From NCBI GenBank assembly GCA_036270995.1, contig DATBBO010000676.1, positions 1 to 17,652 on the forward strand: a stretch of 17,652 nucleotides of DNA, in the 5' to 3' direction. Below the pieces are notes generated by a model that was not told the DNA's origin, did no database searches, and saw nothing but the letters and a program-made list of their open reading frames with translations. Shown one piece after another: positions 7,071 to 15,310 of the stretch (positions within the stretch are counted from its first letter, which is position 1; each line of letters opens with the position of its first letter). Source of the stretch: Dongiaceae bacterium (lineage in GTDB: Bacteria > Pseudomonadota > Alphaproteobacteria > Dongiales > Dongiaceae). The position numbers and the translations under genes are program-made.

Positions 7071-8090
7071 TTGCTCTCCCTCTCGGGAGTCGCCAAGCGC
7101 TACGGCGGGGATGTCGCGGTCGAGGATGTGGATCTGGAGGTGGCGGCCGGGGAGTTCTTGACCCTCCTCGGCCCCTCCGGCTGCGGCAAATCTACCCTGT
7201 TGCGCATCATCGCGGGTCTGACCGACCCGGACCGGGGGCGGGTGTGGCTCGAGGGCGAGGAGGTGCAGGACCTCCCCGCCCATCGCCGGCGCACGGCGAT
7301 GGTCTTCCAGAGCTATGCCTTGTTCCCGCATATGACGGTGGCCCGCAATGTGGCCTTCGGGCTCGTCATGCGTGGCCTCGATCGGCAGCAGATTCAGCGC
7401 AAGGTGGCTGACGCCCTCGCGCTGGTGGAGCTCGAGGGCCTCGCCGGGCGCTATCCGCGCGAGCTCTCCGGCGGGCAGCAGCAGCGCGTGGCGCTGGCCC
7501 GCGCGCTGGTTACCGAACCCAAGGTGCTGCTGCTGGACGAGCCGCTGTCCAATCTCGACGCCAAGCTGCGCGACCGGCTGCGAATCGAGCTGCGCGCCCT
7601 GCAGCGCCGCCTGGCGCTCACCACCCTCTTCGTCACCCATGACCAGGCGGAGGCCATGGCGCTATCCGACCGCATCGCCGTCATGACCAAGGGGCGGCTG
7701 GTGGAGACCGGAACGCCGGAAGAGATCTACAGCCGTCCGAAGAGCCGCTTCGCCGCCGAGTTCGTCGGCGTCGCCAATCTCCTGCCCGGCGAGCTTCGCG
7801 GCGAGGTGGTTACCACCGCCGTGGGCCGCTTCACCGTCTCCGCGCAGAGGGCATCCGCCGGCGAGGTCGCCATCTGCCTCAGGCCCGAGGACATCGCATT
7901 CGCCGCCGAGGGCCCGGGCCTCCCGGGCCGCCTCACCCATGTCACCTATGCCGGCCCCTTCCAGGATTGCATCGTCGAGCTGGAGCCGAGCGGGCTCCTG
8001 CTGCGGGCCCATGTGCCGGTCCGGCCCTGGCATATCGGCGGGCGCGTGGCGGTGCGCCTGCCGGCGCGGGCTGCGGTGCTGGGCGAATGA
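7071..8090 (+). CDS. ABC transporter ATP-binding protein (PotA/FbpC/UgpC-like, with C-terminal TOBE-like regulatory domain)
   Basis: Walker A GPSGCGKST, Q-loop, signature LSGGQQQRVALARAL, Walker B LLLDEPLS and H-loop VTHD. TTG 7071 is the only start after the in-frame stop at 7044-7046. Confidence 0.92.
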   Translation: MLSLSGVAKRYGGDVAVEDVDLEVAAGEFLTLLGPSGCGKSTLLRIIAGLTDPDRGRVWLEGEEVQDLPAHRRRTAMVFQSYALFPHMTVARNVAFGLVMRGLDRQQIQRKVADALALVELEGLAGRYPRELSGGQQQRVALARALVTEPKVLLLDEPLSNLDAKLRDRLRIELRALQRRLALTTLFVTHDQAEAMALSDRIAVMTKGRLVETGTPEEIYSRPKSRFAAEFVGVANLLPGELRGEVVTTAVGRFTVSAQRASAGEVAICLRPEDIAFAAEGPGLPGRLTHVTYAGPFQDCIVELEPSGLLLRAHVPVRPWHIGGRVAVRLPARAAVLGE

Positions 8091-8995
8091 GCACGCTTGC
8101 CGCAGTACCGTCCGAGATCGCAGCACCCCGGCGCGCCATCCGGCGCCGACGCCGCCGGCGCATCGGGACTCTGCTGCTGCTCCTGCCGGGGGCGGGGTTC
8201 ATCGCCGTCGCCATGATCGCCCCACTGCTGCAGCTCGCCCTCGGCAGCGTCGGGCTGACGGGCCTCGGGGCGAGCGAAGGCTTCAGCCTGGCGGCATTCG
8301 GCACGGTGCTGGCCAACCCGATGATGCGGGACGCCTTCCTGTTCAGCCTGCGCCTCGCACTCGCGACGACGGTGCTGGGCGTCGTCGCCGCCCTCGCGCT
8401 CGCAGCCCTGCTGATGCTGAGATTTCCCGGCCGGCGCCTGGTGATGCTGCTCTACAAGCTGCCCCTGGTGGTGCCGAGCCTGATCGCCGCCTTCCTCATC
8501 CTGACCATGATCGGTCCCGGGGGCATGGGTGCGCGCTTCGCGATGCAACTCGGCCTCGGCTGGCCCCAGCTCGTCCATGACCGGGCCGGCATCGGCATCA
8601 TCCTGGTGCTGCTCTGGCATCAGATCCCGGTGACTCTATTGATCCTGCTGGCCGTGGTCGGCTCGATCCCGCGCGACCTGATCGATGCGGCCCGCAATCT
8701 GGGCGCCACCGCGCCCAGCGTCTTCCGCCATGTGATCCTGCCGCTCGCCCTTCCCGGAGTCTCCGCCGCCGCCCTGCTGGTCTTCATCGATTGCTTCGGC
8801 GCCTTTGCCGTGCCCTCGCTGCTGGGGCCCGCCTATCCCCAGGCCCTGCCGGTCATGATGACGACGGAATTCCTGGAGCGGGCCCATTGGCAGGTGGCCT
8901 CCGCGATCGGCGTGGTGATGACGATCACCACCATCGCGGTGATGGTGCTCTATCACCGCCTGATAGCGCGGGCTGATCGCGAGCGTGCCGGATGA
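8087..8995 (+). CDS. ABC transporter permease (CysT/PotB-like)
   Basis: The track ORF begins at 7967, inside the ATPase gene. ATG 8087 overlaps the ATPase stop (ATGA, 8087-8090) and gives MSTLAAVPSEI... with a cytoplasmic Arg-rich N-terminus, multiple TM segments and the EAA loop IDAARNLGATAPSVFRHVILPLALPG. Confidence 0.85.
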   Translation: MSTLAAVPSEIAAPRRAIRRRRRRRIGTLLLLLPGAGFIAVAMIAPLLQLALGSVGLTGLGASEGFSLAAFGTVLANPMMRDAFLFSLRLALATTVLGVVAALALAALLMLRFPGRRLVMLLYKLPLVVPSLIAAFLILTMIGPGGMGARFAMQLGLGWPQLVHDRAGIGIILVLLWHQIPVTLLILLAVVGSIPRDLIDAARNLGATAPSVFRHVILPLALPGVSAAALLVFIDCFGAFAVPSLLGPAYPQALPVMMTTEFLERAHWQVASAIGVVMTITTIAVMVLYHRLIARADRERAG

Positions 8996-9837
8996 ACCCG
9001 GTCTGGAGCCTTCGCTCGCCGCTGCTCGGCTGGTGCCTGGGCTTCGCGGTTCTGGCAGGCGCCGCTCTCGTCTTCGCGCTGCCCATCGCGACGGCGGTGC
9101 TGTGGTCGCTGGTGGATCCGGAGGTCGGATGGTTCCCGCCCCACATTCTGCCGGCCAGCCTGTCGTTCGCCAACTGGCACGACATGCTGGCGGTGCCGGA
9201 GCTCGAGGAGGCGCTGGGCCGCAGCTTCCTGATCGCCGTGCTCGTCACCTCGCTCTGCGCGATTCTGGGCCTGCCCACGGGCTATGCCCTGGGCCGCGGG
9301 CGTTTTCCCGGCCGGCGAGCAATCGAGGTTCTGGTGCTGACGCCGCTGATGATGCCGGGCATCGTGCTCGCCATCGGCCTCGGCGGCATCTTCATGCGCA
9401 TCGGCCTCAGCCAGACCCTGACTGGCGTCGTGCTGGTGCAGACCGCGGTCATCCTGCCGCTTTCGATCCGCATCCTGGCGGCGACCGCCCAGTCCATTCC
9501 CTCCGATCTCATCGACGCTGCGACCAATCTCGGCGCCGGCCCAGCGTCGCTGGCGCGCCATATCCTGGTCCCGCTGCTGCTGCCTGGTCTGCTGGCGGCG
9601 GCCCTGCTCAGCTTCATCGCCAGTCTCGAGGAGTTCCTGCTCTCCTTCGTCGTCGGCATGCCCACGATCCAGACCCTGCCCATGCTGCTCTGGGCCTATC
9701 TCGGCGGGCGCTCGGCGATCCTGAGTTACGCCGCGGTCGTCACCGTGGCGCTGCTGATCCCGACCCTGCTCGTCCTGGTCGTCGTGGAGCGGGTCCTGAA
9801 GCAGGAGTATCTCGCCGCCGGATTCGGCAAGGCCTAG
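8992..9837 (+). CDS. ABC transporter permease (PotC-like)
   Basis: 281 aa with an ATGA overlap on the upstream permease (8992-8995). Six hydrophobic segments and the EAA loop IDAATNLGAGPASLARHILVPLLLPG. Confidence 0.9.
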   Translation: MNPVWSLRSPLLGWCLGFAVLAGAALVFALPIATAVLWSLVDPEVGWFPPHILPASLSFANWHDMLAVPELEEALGRSFLIAVLVTSLCAILGLPTGYALGRGRFPGRRAIEVLVLTPLMMPGIVLAIGLGGIFMRIGLSQTLTGVVLVQTAVILPLSIRILAATAQSIPSDLIDAATNLGAGPASLARHILVPLLLPGLLAAALLSFIASLEEFLLSFVVGMPTIQTLPMLLWAYLGGRSAILSYAAVVTVALLIPTLLVLVVVERVLKQEYLAAGFGKA

Positions 9838-9851
9838 CAGAGGAGATCGTC

Positions 9852-10622
9852 ATGAAGCTACTCGTCGACCCGGGGCAGCCGCCCTTCACCTCGGCCCATC
9901 GCGGCTTCTCGACCGCAGCACCGGAAAACACCATGGCGGCGCTGGAAGCGGCCTGGAAGGCCGGTGCCACCGCGGTCGAGATCGATGTAAGGCTCTCCAG
10001 CGATGGCGAGCTCCTGCTGATGCATGACCGCGACGTCAAGCGCACGACGAACGGCCGGGGGCCCGTCTCGGAGCTGAGCTGGGCCGAGCTCCAGCGCCTC
10101 GATGCCGGAAGCTGGTTCGCCGAGCGTTTCACCGGCGAGCGCATTCCCAGCCTGGAGGAGGTACTGATCTGGGCCCGGGGCAAGGTCGGCCTGCTGGTAG
10201 AGCTGAAGAACTTCCCCGAGCGCGATCCGCGCTATATCGATCATCTGCTGGCGCTCTTCCGCCGGCTCGACGCGGCGGCGGACAACGTGATCATCGGCTT
10301 CGACCACCCGACCCTGGCGGAGATCCACCGCCGCGAGCCGGACTGGCCTCTGCAGATGATCTATAACGCCCGCCTGAGCGATCCCGTCGGCGCGGCAAAG
10401 GCCTGCGGGGCGATCATGGCCTCCATCGAGTCGGAGTTCTGCGTCGCCGAGGATGTCGCCCTCTTGCATCAAGCGGGCATCTCGGTGCTCACCCCCACCC
10501 GCTCCATCGCCCATGCCCGCGAGCTCCATGCGATCGGCGTGGATTTCATCGAGGGGGACGACACCGCCATGCTGGCGGCGGCGGTGGCCACCATCAGCCG
10601 GGATCTCGCCGTTGCGCTATAG
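9852..10622 (+). CDS. Glycerophosphodiester phosphodiesterase (GDPD family, UgpQ-like, cytoplasmic)
   Basis: This is the C-terminal part of track ORF 8985-10622. The real start is ATG 9852, with AGGAGA at 9841-9846. MKLLVDPGQPPFTSAHRGFSTAAPENTMAALEAAWKAGATAVEIDVRLSSDGELLLMHDRDVKRTTNGRGPVSELSWAELQRLDAGSWF carries the GDPD signature (HRG, PENT, E-x-D, HD, RTT-G-G). No signal peptide. Confidence 0.9.
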   Translation: MKLLVDPGQPPFTSAHRGFSTAAPENTMAALEAAWKAGATAVEIDVRLSSDGELLLMHDRDVKRTTNGRGPVSELSWAELQRLDAGSWFAERFTGERIPSLEEVLIWARGKVGLLVELKNFPERDPRYIDHLLALFRRLDAAADNVIIGFDHPTLAEIHRREPDWPLQMIYNARLSDPVGAAKACGAIMASIESEFCVAEDVALLHQAGISVLTPTRSIAHARELHAIGVDFIEGDDTAMLAAAVATISRDLAVAL

Positions 10623-10626
10623 CCGG

Positions 10627-10672
10627 GCCGAGGTCGCCCGCACAGATCACTGGGTCGCGGGTCGATCTCGGC
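10627..10672. terminator. Imperfect long hairpin between convergent operons (candidate bidirectional terminator)
   Basis: GCCGAGgTCGCCCGC (10627-10641) pairs with GCGGGtCGAtCTCGGC (ending at 10672), with one bulge, one G.U pair and a 15-nt loop. It lies between the GDPD stop (10622) and the pqiC stop (10685). No U-tract. Confidence 0.35.
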
Positions 10673-10684
10673 GGGAATGATACG

Positions 10685-11296
10685 TCAGCCCGCCTGCGCG
10701 GCTGCGGCGGCGATCTTGTCGGCGAGCTGGCCCAGGGCCTGGCTCATGGCGGCGACGATGTCGGGGATGGCATCGGAGGCGGGCTTCACCGTAAGACGGT
10801 TCGAATCCTCGGCGATGAGGCTGGCCCCCCGCAGGGTCCAGCGCGCCGCCAGCACCACGGTGCCGTCGGGATCGGGGTCGAAGCGCGAGAAGTCGACCTG
10901 GACCGAAGCCGCGGAATTGGTCGACGTCGGGCTCTCCTCGCGGAAGACCTGGGTCTTCGGCAGGCGCTGGGCGAGATCGCCGAGCAGGACGCGGGTGACC
11001 ATGTCGGCGAAGGGCTCGCCCCACCGGTCGAACTCGGAGACATCGAGCTGATAGGGTCCGCCATGCTGAATGATCTGCGGCCGGTCGAGGTATTTCGGGA
11101 TCGCGGCGCCCACCACCGAGAGCGTGGCCGGCCCGCCGGCAAGCTGGGTTCCGGGCTGGATCGCCAGGGTATAGATGCGCGGCTGTGGGCTCTGGGCACA
11201 ACCAGCCAGGATCGCGACCGGGCCCAGCGTCCCCAGGCCGAGCCCAACCGAGAGAAGGCCGCGCCGCGTCATTCCAATGCCGGTCATGGCGGTCAC
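10685..11296 (-). CDS. pqiC: PqiC/YmbA-like transport-auxiliary lipoprotein (DUF330 family)
   Basis: 203-aa ORF with lipobox LAGC, followed by IYTL..., IPKYLDRPQI, RWGEPFADMVTRVLLGDLAQRLP and VQVDFSRFDPDPDGTVVLAARWTL. These blocks follow the order of conserved blocks in E. coli PqiC. The GTG 11296 start overlaps the pqiB stop (GTGA). ATG 11287 (GGAGAA 9 nt upstream) and ATG 11272 are alternative starts. Confidence 0.8.
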   Translation of the reverse strand: MTAMTGIGMTRRGLLSVGLGLGTLGPVAILAGCAQSPQPRIYTLAIQPGTQLAGGPATLSVVGAAIPKYLDRPQIIQHGGPYQLDVSEFDRWGEPFADMVTRVLLGDLAQRLPKTQVFREESPTSTNSAASVQVDFSRFDPDPDGTVVLAARWTLRGASLIAEDSNRLTVKPASDAIPDIVAAMSQALGQLADKIAAAAAQAG

Positions 11297-12999
11297 TTCT
11301 CCGTCTTGCCTTGCAGCAGCGCTTCCGGATGCTGCTCGAGATAGTCGGTGAGGACGCGGATCGAGCGCGCCGCGTCCTTGAGCTGAGACATCAGATTGTC
11401 GAGGTCGCGCTTGAACTGCGAGTTGGCCCCCAGCGTCTTGTCCGCCGAGGCAAGGGTCAGGGTCGCCTGGTCGAGGGCTGTCTGGCCCGCGGCCGCAGCG
11501 CCCTTGAGCGCGGCGAGCAGCGGGCCCAGATCGACGTTGAGGTTCCTGGTCAGCGACTTCACCGAGAGCAGCGCATCGTTCAACGACTTCACCGCCTGGC
11601 TCAGCTCCGGCCCGTTCAGGAGCTTCGAGGCGCCCTGCAGCGTCTCATCCGCATGGGCCATGACCTTGTCCAGCGGCAGGTCGGCGAGCTTCGCCAGCAG
11701 CGCGTTGACCGAGCGCATGAGGCCCTGCATGTCGGAGGGCACCGAGGGCAGCTCGGGATACTTGCCCTTGTGGTTGATCTCCGCCGGCGGTGCGTTGGGG
11801 AAGAAATCGAGGGAGACCATGAGCTGGCCGGTCAGCAGGCTCGCCGATTGGAGCTGGGCGCGCAGCCCGTGCTTGACGAGGGCCTCCAGGATGACCTCGC
11901 TCTGATCCGCCGTCGAATTGCCGCCCTCCATCTGGATGCGCTCGGTCTCGAGCTCGATGGTCACGGGCACATGCAGGGTGAGGGTCTTGGGATTCAGCTC
12001 CATATGCACATCGGTGACCTGGCCGACGGTGATGCCGCGCAGCTGGACGGGCGCGCCCACCTGAAGCCCGGCGACGGAGCCGAGGAAATAGACGAGATAG
12101 GGCGCCTTGTGGGTGTAGATGGCGCTCTCGACGCTGTCGGCATCGTCATAGAGGGGGAAGAGCGTCTGGGCCCGCGCCGGCGCGCCGATGCGCGCGGTAG
12201 AGGGTGTATCGAAGACCACCCCGCCGCCCAGCACCGCATCCAGGGATTCGAGCTGGACCTTGAATCCGCTGGTCGTGGTCCTCAGCGAAATGCCGGAGGC
12301 ATTCCAGAAACGGCTGCCGGCATAGACATAGCCCGCATAGGGATCGCGCACGAAGATGTGGAGGCGCAGCGGCTTGTCGATCCCCTCCAGCTCATAGCCC
12401 GTGACCTCGCCCACCGTGAGGCCCCGGAAATAGACCGAGGAGCCGACCGCAATATTGCCGAGGCGGTTGGTCACCAGCAGAAACTCGCGGCCGGGCTCGC
12501 CCGAGCGCACCACCGGCGGCTCCTCGAGCGCGGTGAACTCCCGGCGCGGCTTGCCCAGCCCCGGATCGAGCTCGATATAGGAGCCGGACAGCAGCGTCTC
12601 GAGGCCCGATATGCCGGAAAGGCTGAAGCGCGGCGAGACGACCCAGAACCGCGTCGTGGTCAGGAGCTCCGGCTCCGCCCATTTCTCCATTCGGGCGGTC
12701 ACGATGACCTTGGAGAAATCCTCGCTGAGCTCGACGCTCTGGACCGTACCCAGCTTGACGTTCTTGTGCCGGATCTCCGTCTTGCCGGCGGCGAACCCGC
12801 TCGCGGTCTCGAAGGAGATGGTGATGTCCGGGCCTCGCTCCGAATAGGTCTTGTAGGCGAGCCAGGCGCCGATCGCGGCGGCGACCAGCGGAATGAGCCA
12901 GACCAGCGAGAAGCGACGGCCATGCTGGGCCCGCGTCTTGATATGGGCGACGGGATCGGGCCCCGGAGGGCTTGGCATGGGCGCTACGGGATCAGCCAT
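11293..12999 (-). CDS. pqiB: Intermembrane transport protein PqiB (multi-MCE-domain, paraquat-inducible protein B)
   Basis: 568 aa. N-terminal anchor RFSLVWLIPLVAAAIGAWLAY, then three repeated MCE-like modules (GKTEIRHKNVKLGTV, GSSVYFRGLTVGEV, GAPVQLRGITVGQV) and a C-terminal coiled-coil-like tail. The start overlaps the pqiA stop by 8 nt. Confidence 0.92.
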   Translation of the reverse strand: MADPVAPMPSPPGPDPVAHIKTRAQHGRRFSLVWLIPLVAAAIGAWLAYKTYSERGPDITISFETASGFAAGKTEIRHKNVKLGTVQSVELSEDFSKVIVTARMEKWAEPELLTTTRFWVVSPRFSLSGISGLETLLSGSYIELDPGLGKPRREFTALEEPPVVRSGEPGREFLLVTNRLGNIAVGSSVYFRGLTVGEVTGYELEGIDKPLRLHIFVRDPYAGYVYAGSRFWNASGISLRTTTSGFKVQLESLDAVLGGGVVFDTPSTARIGAPARAQTLFPLYDDADSVESAIYTHKAPYLVYFLGSVAGLQVGAPVQLRGITVGQVTDVHMELNPKTLTLHVPVTIELETERIQMEGGNSTADQSEVILEALVKHGLRAQLQSASLLTGQLMVSLDFFPNAPPAEINHKGKYPELPSVPSDMQGLMRSVNALLAKLADLPLDKVMAHADETLQGASKLLNGPELSQAVKSLNDALLSVKSLTRNLNVDLGPLLAALKGAAAAGQTALDQATLTLASADKTLGANSQFKRDLDNLMSQLKDAARSIRVLTDYLEQHPEALLQGKTEK

Positions 13000-14206
13000 G
13001 ATTCTCGCCCGCCGCGTCCCACATAAGCCGGGGATCGAAGCTCATGGCCGCCATCATGGTGATGATCACGACGCAGGCGAAGGAAGTGGCACCCACGCCC
13101 GGCTCGATTGTGGCGATCGAACCGGCGCGCACGAGCGCCACCAGGATCGAGACCATGAAGATATCGATCATCGACCAGCGCCCCACCCCCTCGACGATGC
13201 GATAGAGCCGCGTGCGGTCGCGCAGGCGCCAGCGCGATTTGAACCTGACTGAAAGCATGAGGTACATCAGGCCGAGGAGCTTCAGCACCGGAACCGTGAT
13301 GCTGGCGAAGAAGACCAGCAAGGCGAGCAGCCACATGCCGCCGGACAGCAGCTCCTCAACGCCCTCGAGGATGGTGCTGGGAAAGCCGCTGCCGAAGGAG
13401 ATGATGGTCATCACGGGATAGACATTGGCGGGGATGTAGAGGATCACCGCCGTCAGCACCAGCGCCCAGCAGCGGGTGATGCTGTCGCGCCGGCGCCGGT
13501 GGAGATGGGCCCCGCAGCGCGGACAATAGCCCTGCTCGGCCGTCGCCGGCAGGACGAGATGGCAGCCATGGCAGGAGAGCCGCCGGCCCTGGCTGGCACC
13601 GGGAATGGCAGGGATCAGGCCGCGGCGCTCCATCTCCTCCCAGACCGCATCGGTATCGATCGAGGCATTGGCCGCGGTCATGGTCAGCATCAGAGTCGCG
13701 AGCGCATAGAGGGCGATGCCGATATGGATGCTCGCCAGGTCGACGAGCTTCACATAGGCGACGAAGACGCCCAGCATATAGACCTCGATCATCGCCCAGG
13801 GCGTCAGGAGCTCGACGAAGCGAAAGACCTGAGGCAGGAAGGGCGGCGGGCGACGCAGCTTGAGGCCAACCAGGACATAGATAGTGCTGCCGACCTTGAG
13901 CAGCGGCGCCACGATCGTTGTGGCGATCACCGCCAGAGCCAGGAGATACATGCCGCGCGCGGCAAGCTCCCTGGCGCCGGTGATGAGATCGGCGGTCTCC
14001 GGCTGCCCCTGAATGTCGAGGGTCATGAAGGGCAGCGTATTGGCGATGGCAATGAGGATCAGGCCGGCCAGGCTATAGGCCAGCGTACGGTCCAGCCCCC
14101 AGGCGTTGTAATGCCTGAGCAGCCCGCCGCAACGATCGCAATGGGCACGGCTGCCGTTGCGCATGGGCGGCAGGCGGAAGAATTCGCCGCAGCCATGGCA
14201 CTCCAC
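12992..14206 (-). CDS. pqiA: Paraquat-inducible protein A (PqiA, two PqiA repeats each preceded by a Cys4 zinc-ribbon-like motif)
   Basis: 404 aa with a GTG start at 14206. CHGCG-x18-CDRCG and CHGCH-x13-CPRCG are each followed by four hydrophobic segments. Same size and architecture as E. coli PqiA. First gene of the pqiABC order. Confidence 0.9.
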   Translation of the reverse strand: MECHGCGEFFRLPPMRNGSRAHCDRCGGLLRHYNAWGLDRTLAYSLAGLILIAIANTLPFMTLDIQGQPETADLITGARELAARGMYLLALAVIATTIVAPLLKVGSTIYVLVGLKLRRPPPFLPQVFRFVELLTPWAMIEVYMLGVFVAYVKLVDLASIHIGIALYALATLMLTMTAANASIDTDAVWEEMERRGLIPAIPGASQGRRLSCHGCHLVLPATAEQGYCPRCGAHLHRRRRDSITRCWALVLTAVILYIPANVYPVMTIISFGSGFPSTILEGVEELLSGGMWLLALLVFFASITVPVLKLLGLMYLMLSVRFKSRWRLRDRTRLYRIVEGVGRWSMIDIFMVSILVALVRAGSIATIEPGVGATSFACVVIITMMAAMSFDPRLMWDAAGENHG

Positions 14207-14390
14207 GATGGCGAAAGGGGATAGCGGCAGAGCATGGGATGCCCGGCGGTCTTCCGGACCGCTCTCTCCTGCGGCCGCGATACTCTCAAGCCCAGAAATA
14301 CCTGCCCCCTCGCCTGTCCCTGGCGATTCAACTACTGGTTCCAGGTATCATACCCGCAACGGCAAGCAAGTCGCTAGCTCGGCAGCTTTC

Positions 14391-14414
14391 AGAAAAGAAG
14401 CCGGCTCAAGGCTT
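14391..14414 (-). terminator. Weak candidate intrinsic terminator after the msrQ-like gene
   Basis: The minus strand reads AAGCC-ttgagcc-GGCTT followed by CTTTTCT, 8 nt after the stop at 14422. The stem is only 5 bp. Confidence 0.3.
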
Positions 14415-14421
14415 AAGCGGT

Positions 14422-15282
14422 TCAGGCGGGGGCGTCGGCCAGGGCCACACGCGCGCCGAGGCGCCGCTGCTGCCGCAGGAGCGCCAGGGCCGCGAGAGCG
14501 AGGGCGATCAGGAAGACCATCCAGCAGGGCCGGGCGAGAAAAGGCCAGCGGAGATCGGCGGCGAGCAGGCGAGCGGGGTCGACGCCGGTCGCGAGTGCGT
14601 AATAGGCGGCTTCGCCGAAAGCCGTGGCCAGGCCGACACCCACCGCGAGCAGCAGCAAACCCCAGGCCGGCAGCGCGCCCTCCCGGCCGAACCGGCCGAG
14701 CAGCCGATAGGACATCAGCCAGAGGAAGAGACCGGCCGCCGCGACCGGCTCGGAGACATTCAGCTTCGACTGCATGAAGTAATGCACCAGCGCCAGCACG
14801 CCGATGGCATAGACGAGGCGATGCAGGTTGCGCCAGTTGCGCCCGCCCAGGCGCCTGATCATCCCGTCCGTCGAAGTCGCCGCAAGCGCCGAGAGCAGCA
14901 GCAGTGTCGTGAAGCCGATTGTGAGGTAGATCCGGCGCAGGATCTCCGAAGCCAGCAAGGGGAGATCGAAGGCCTGATCCCAGCAATAGAGCAGCAGGTG
15001 GGAGAGCGCATAGGCGAAGGCCGCAACGCCGATCATCCGGCGGACCAGGATGAGGCGCGGCCAATGAAGGACGCGGCGCAAGGGGGAGATCGCCAGCGAG
15101 ATCAGCAGAAAGCGCATCGCCCAGAGGCCGGTCTGATGGATCGCCTCGGTCAGCGGCCGCGGGCCCAGGCTGCCATGGGCGAGATTGATCAGCGTCCAGC
15201 TGCCCGGAAGGAAGAGCGCCAGAAAGACGACGAGCTTCAGCGGCGAGAGGCTGCCGCCTCGATTCTGCCAAGGGAAGATCAT
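14422..15282 (-). CDS. msrQ: MsrQ/YedZ-like ferric-reductase-domain heme-b membrane protein, with extra C-terminal TM segments
   Basis: 286 aa. It aligns by eye along the whole of E. coli MsrQ (about 210 aa), including the conserved histidines (ALSHLLLY, LHRLVYAIGVLALVHYF) and PLRR, then continues about 85 aa with two further hydrophobic segments. The two other long ORFs over this interval (14239-15429 +, 14348-15271 -) are R/P/G-rich. Confidence 0.8.
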   Translation of the reverse strand: MIFPWQNRGGSLSPLKLVVFLALFLPGSWTLINLAHGSLGPRPLTEAIHQTGLWAMRFLLISLAISPLRRVLHWPRLILVRRMIGVAAFAYALSHLLLYCWDQAFDLPLLASEILRRIYLTIGFTTLLLLSALAATSTDGMIRRLGGRNWRNLHRLVYAIGVLALVHYFMQSKLNVSEPVAAAGLFLWLMSYRLLGRFGREGALPAWGLLLLAVGVGLATAFGEAAYYALATGVDPARLLAADLRWPFLARPCWMVFLIALALAALALLRQQRRLGARVALADAPA

Positions 15283-15310
15283 GAAGGAAGAGTCATGAAG
15301 CGAAGGTCAT
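15269..15310 (-). repeat. Three tandem imperfect 14-nt repeats, each starting with ATGA, forming two 5-codon mini-ORFs chained by ATGA overlaps into the msrQ-like start
   Basis: Minus strand: ATGACCTTCGCTTC (15310-15297), ATGACTCTTCCTTC (15296-15283), ATGATCTTCCCTTG (15282-15269). This reads as ATG ACC TTC GCT TCA TGA, then ATG ACT CTT CCT TCA TGA, then ATG ATC TTC CCT TGG (MIFPW...). The only Shine-Dalgarno sequence (AGGAG, 15326-15322) precedes the first ATG. Confidence 0.6.

Noticed and set aside
8985-9851. N-terminal 289 codons of track ORF 8985-10622 (545 aa)
   Set aside because: This part overlaps the second permease in another frame and is R/P/G-rich. GDPD homology begins at ATG 9852, which has its own AGGAGA ribosome-binding site.
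11185-13026. 613-aa plus-strand ORF opposite pqiB
   Set aside because: It is a low-complexity R/G/E/L-rich antisense frame. The minus-strand product has clear PqiB architecture, and its start and stop are coupled to pqiA and pqiC.
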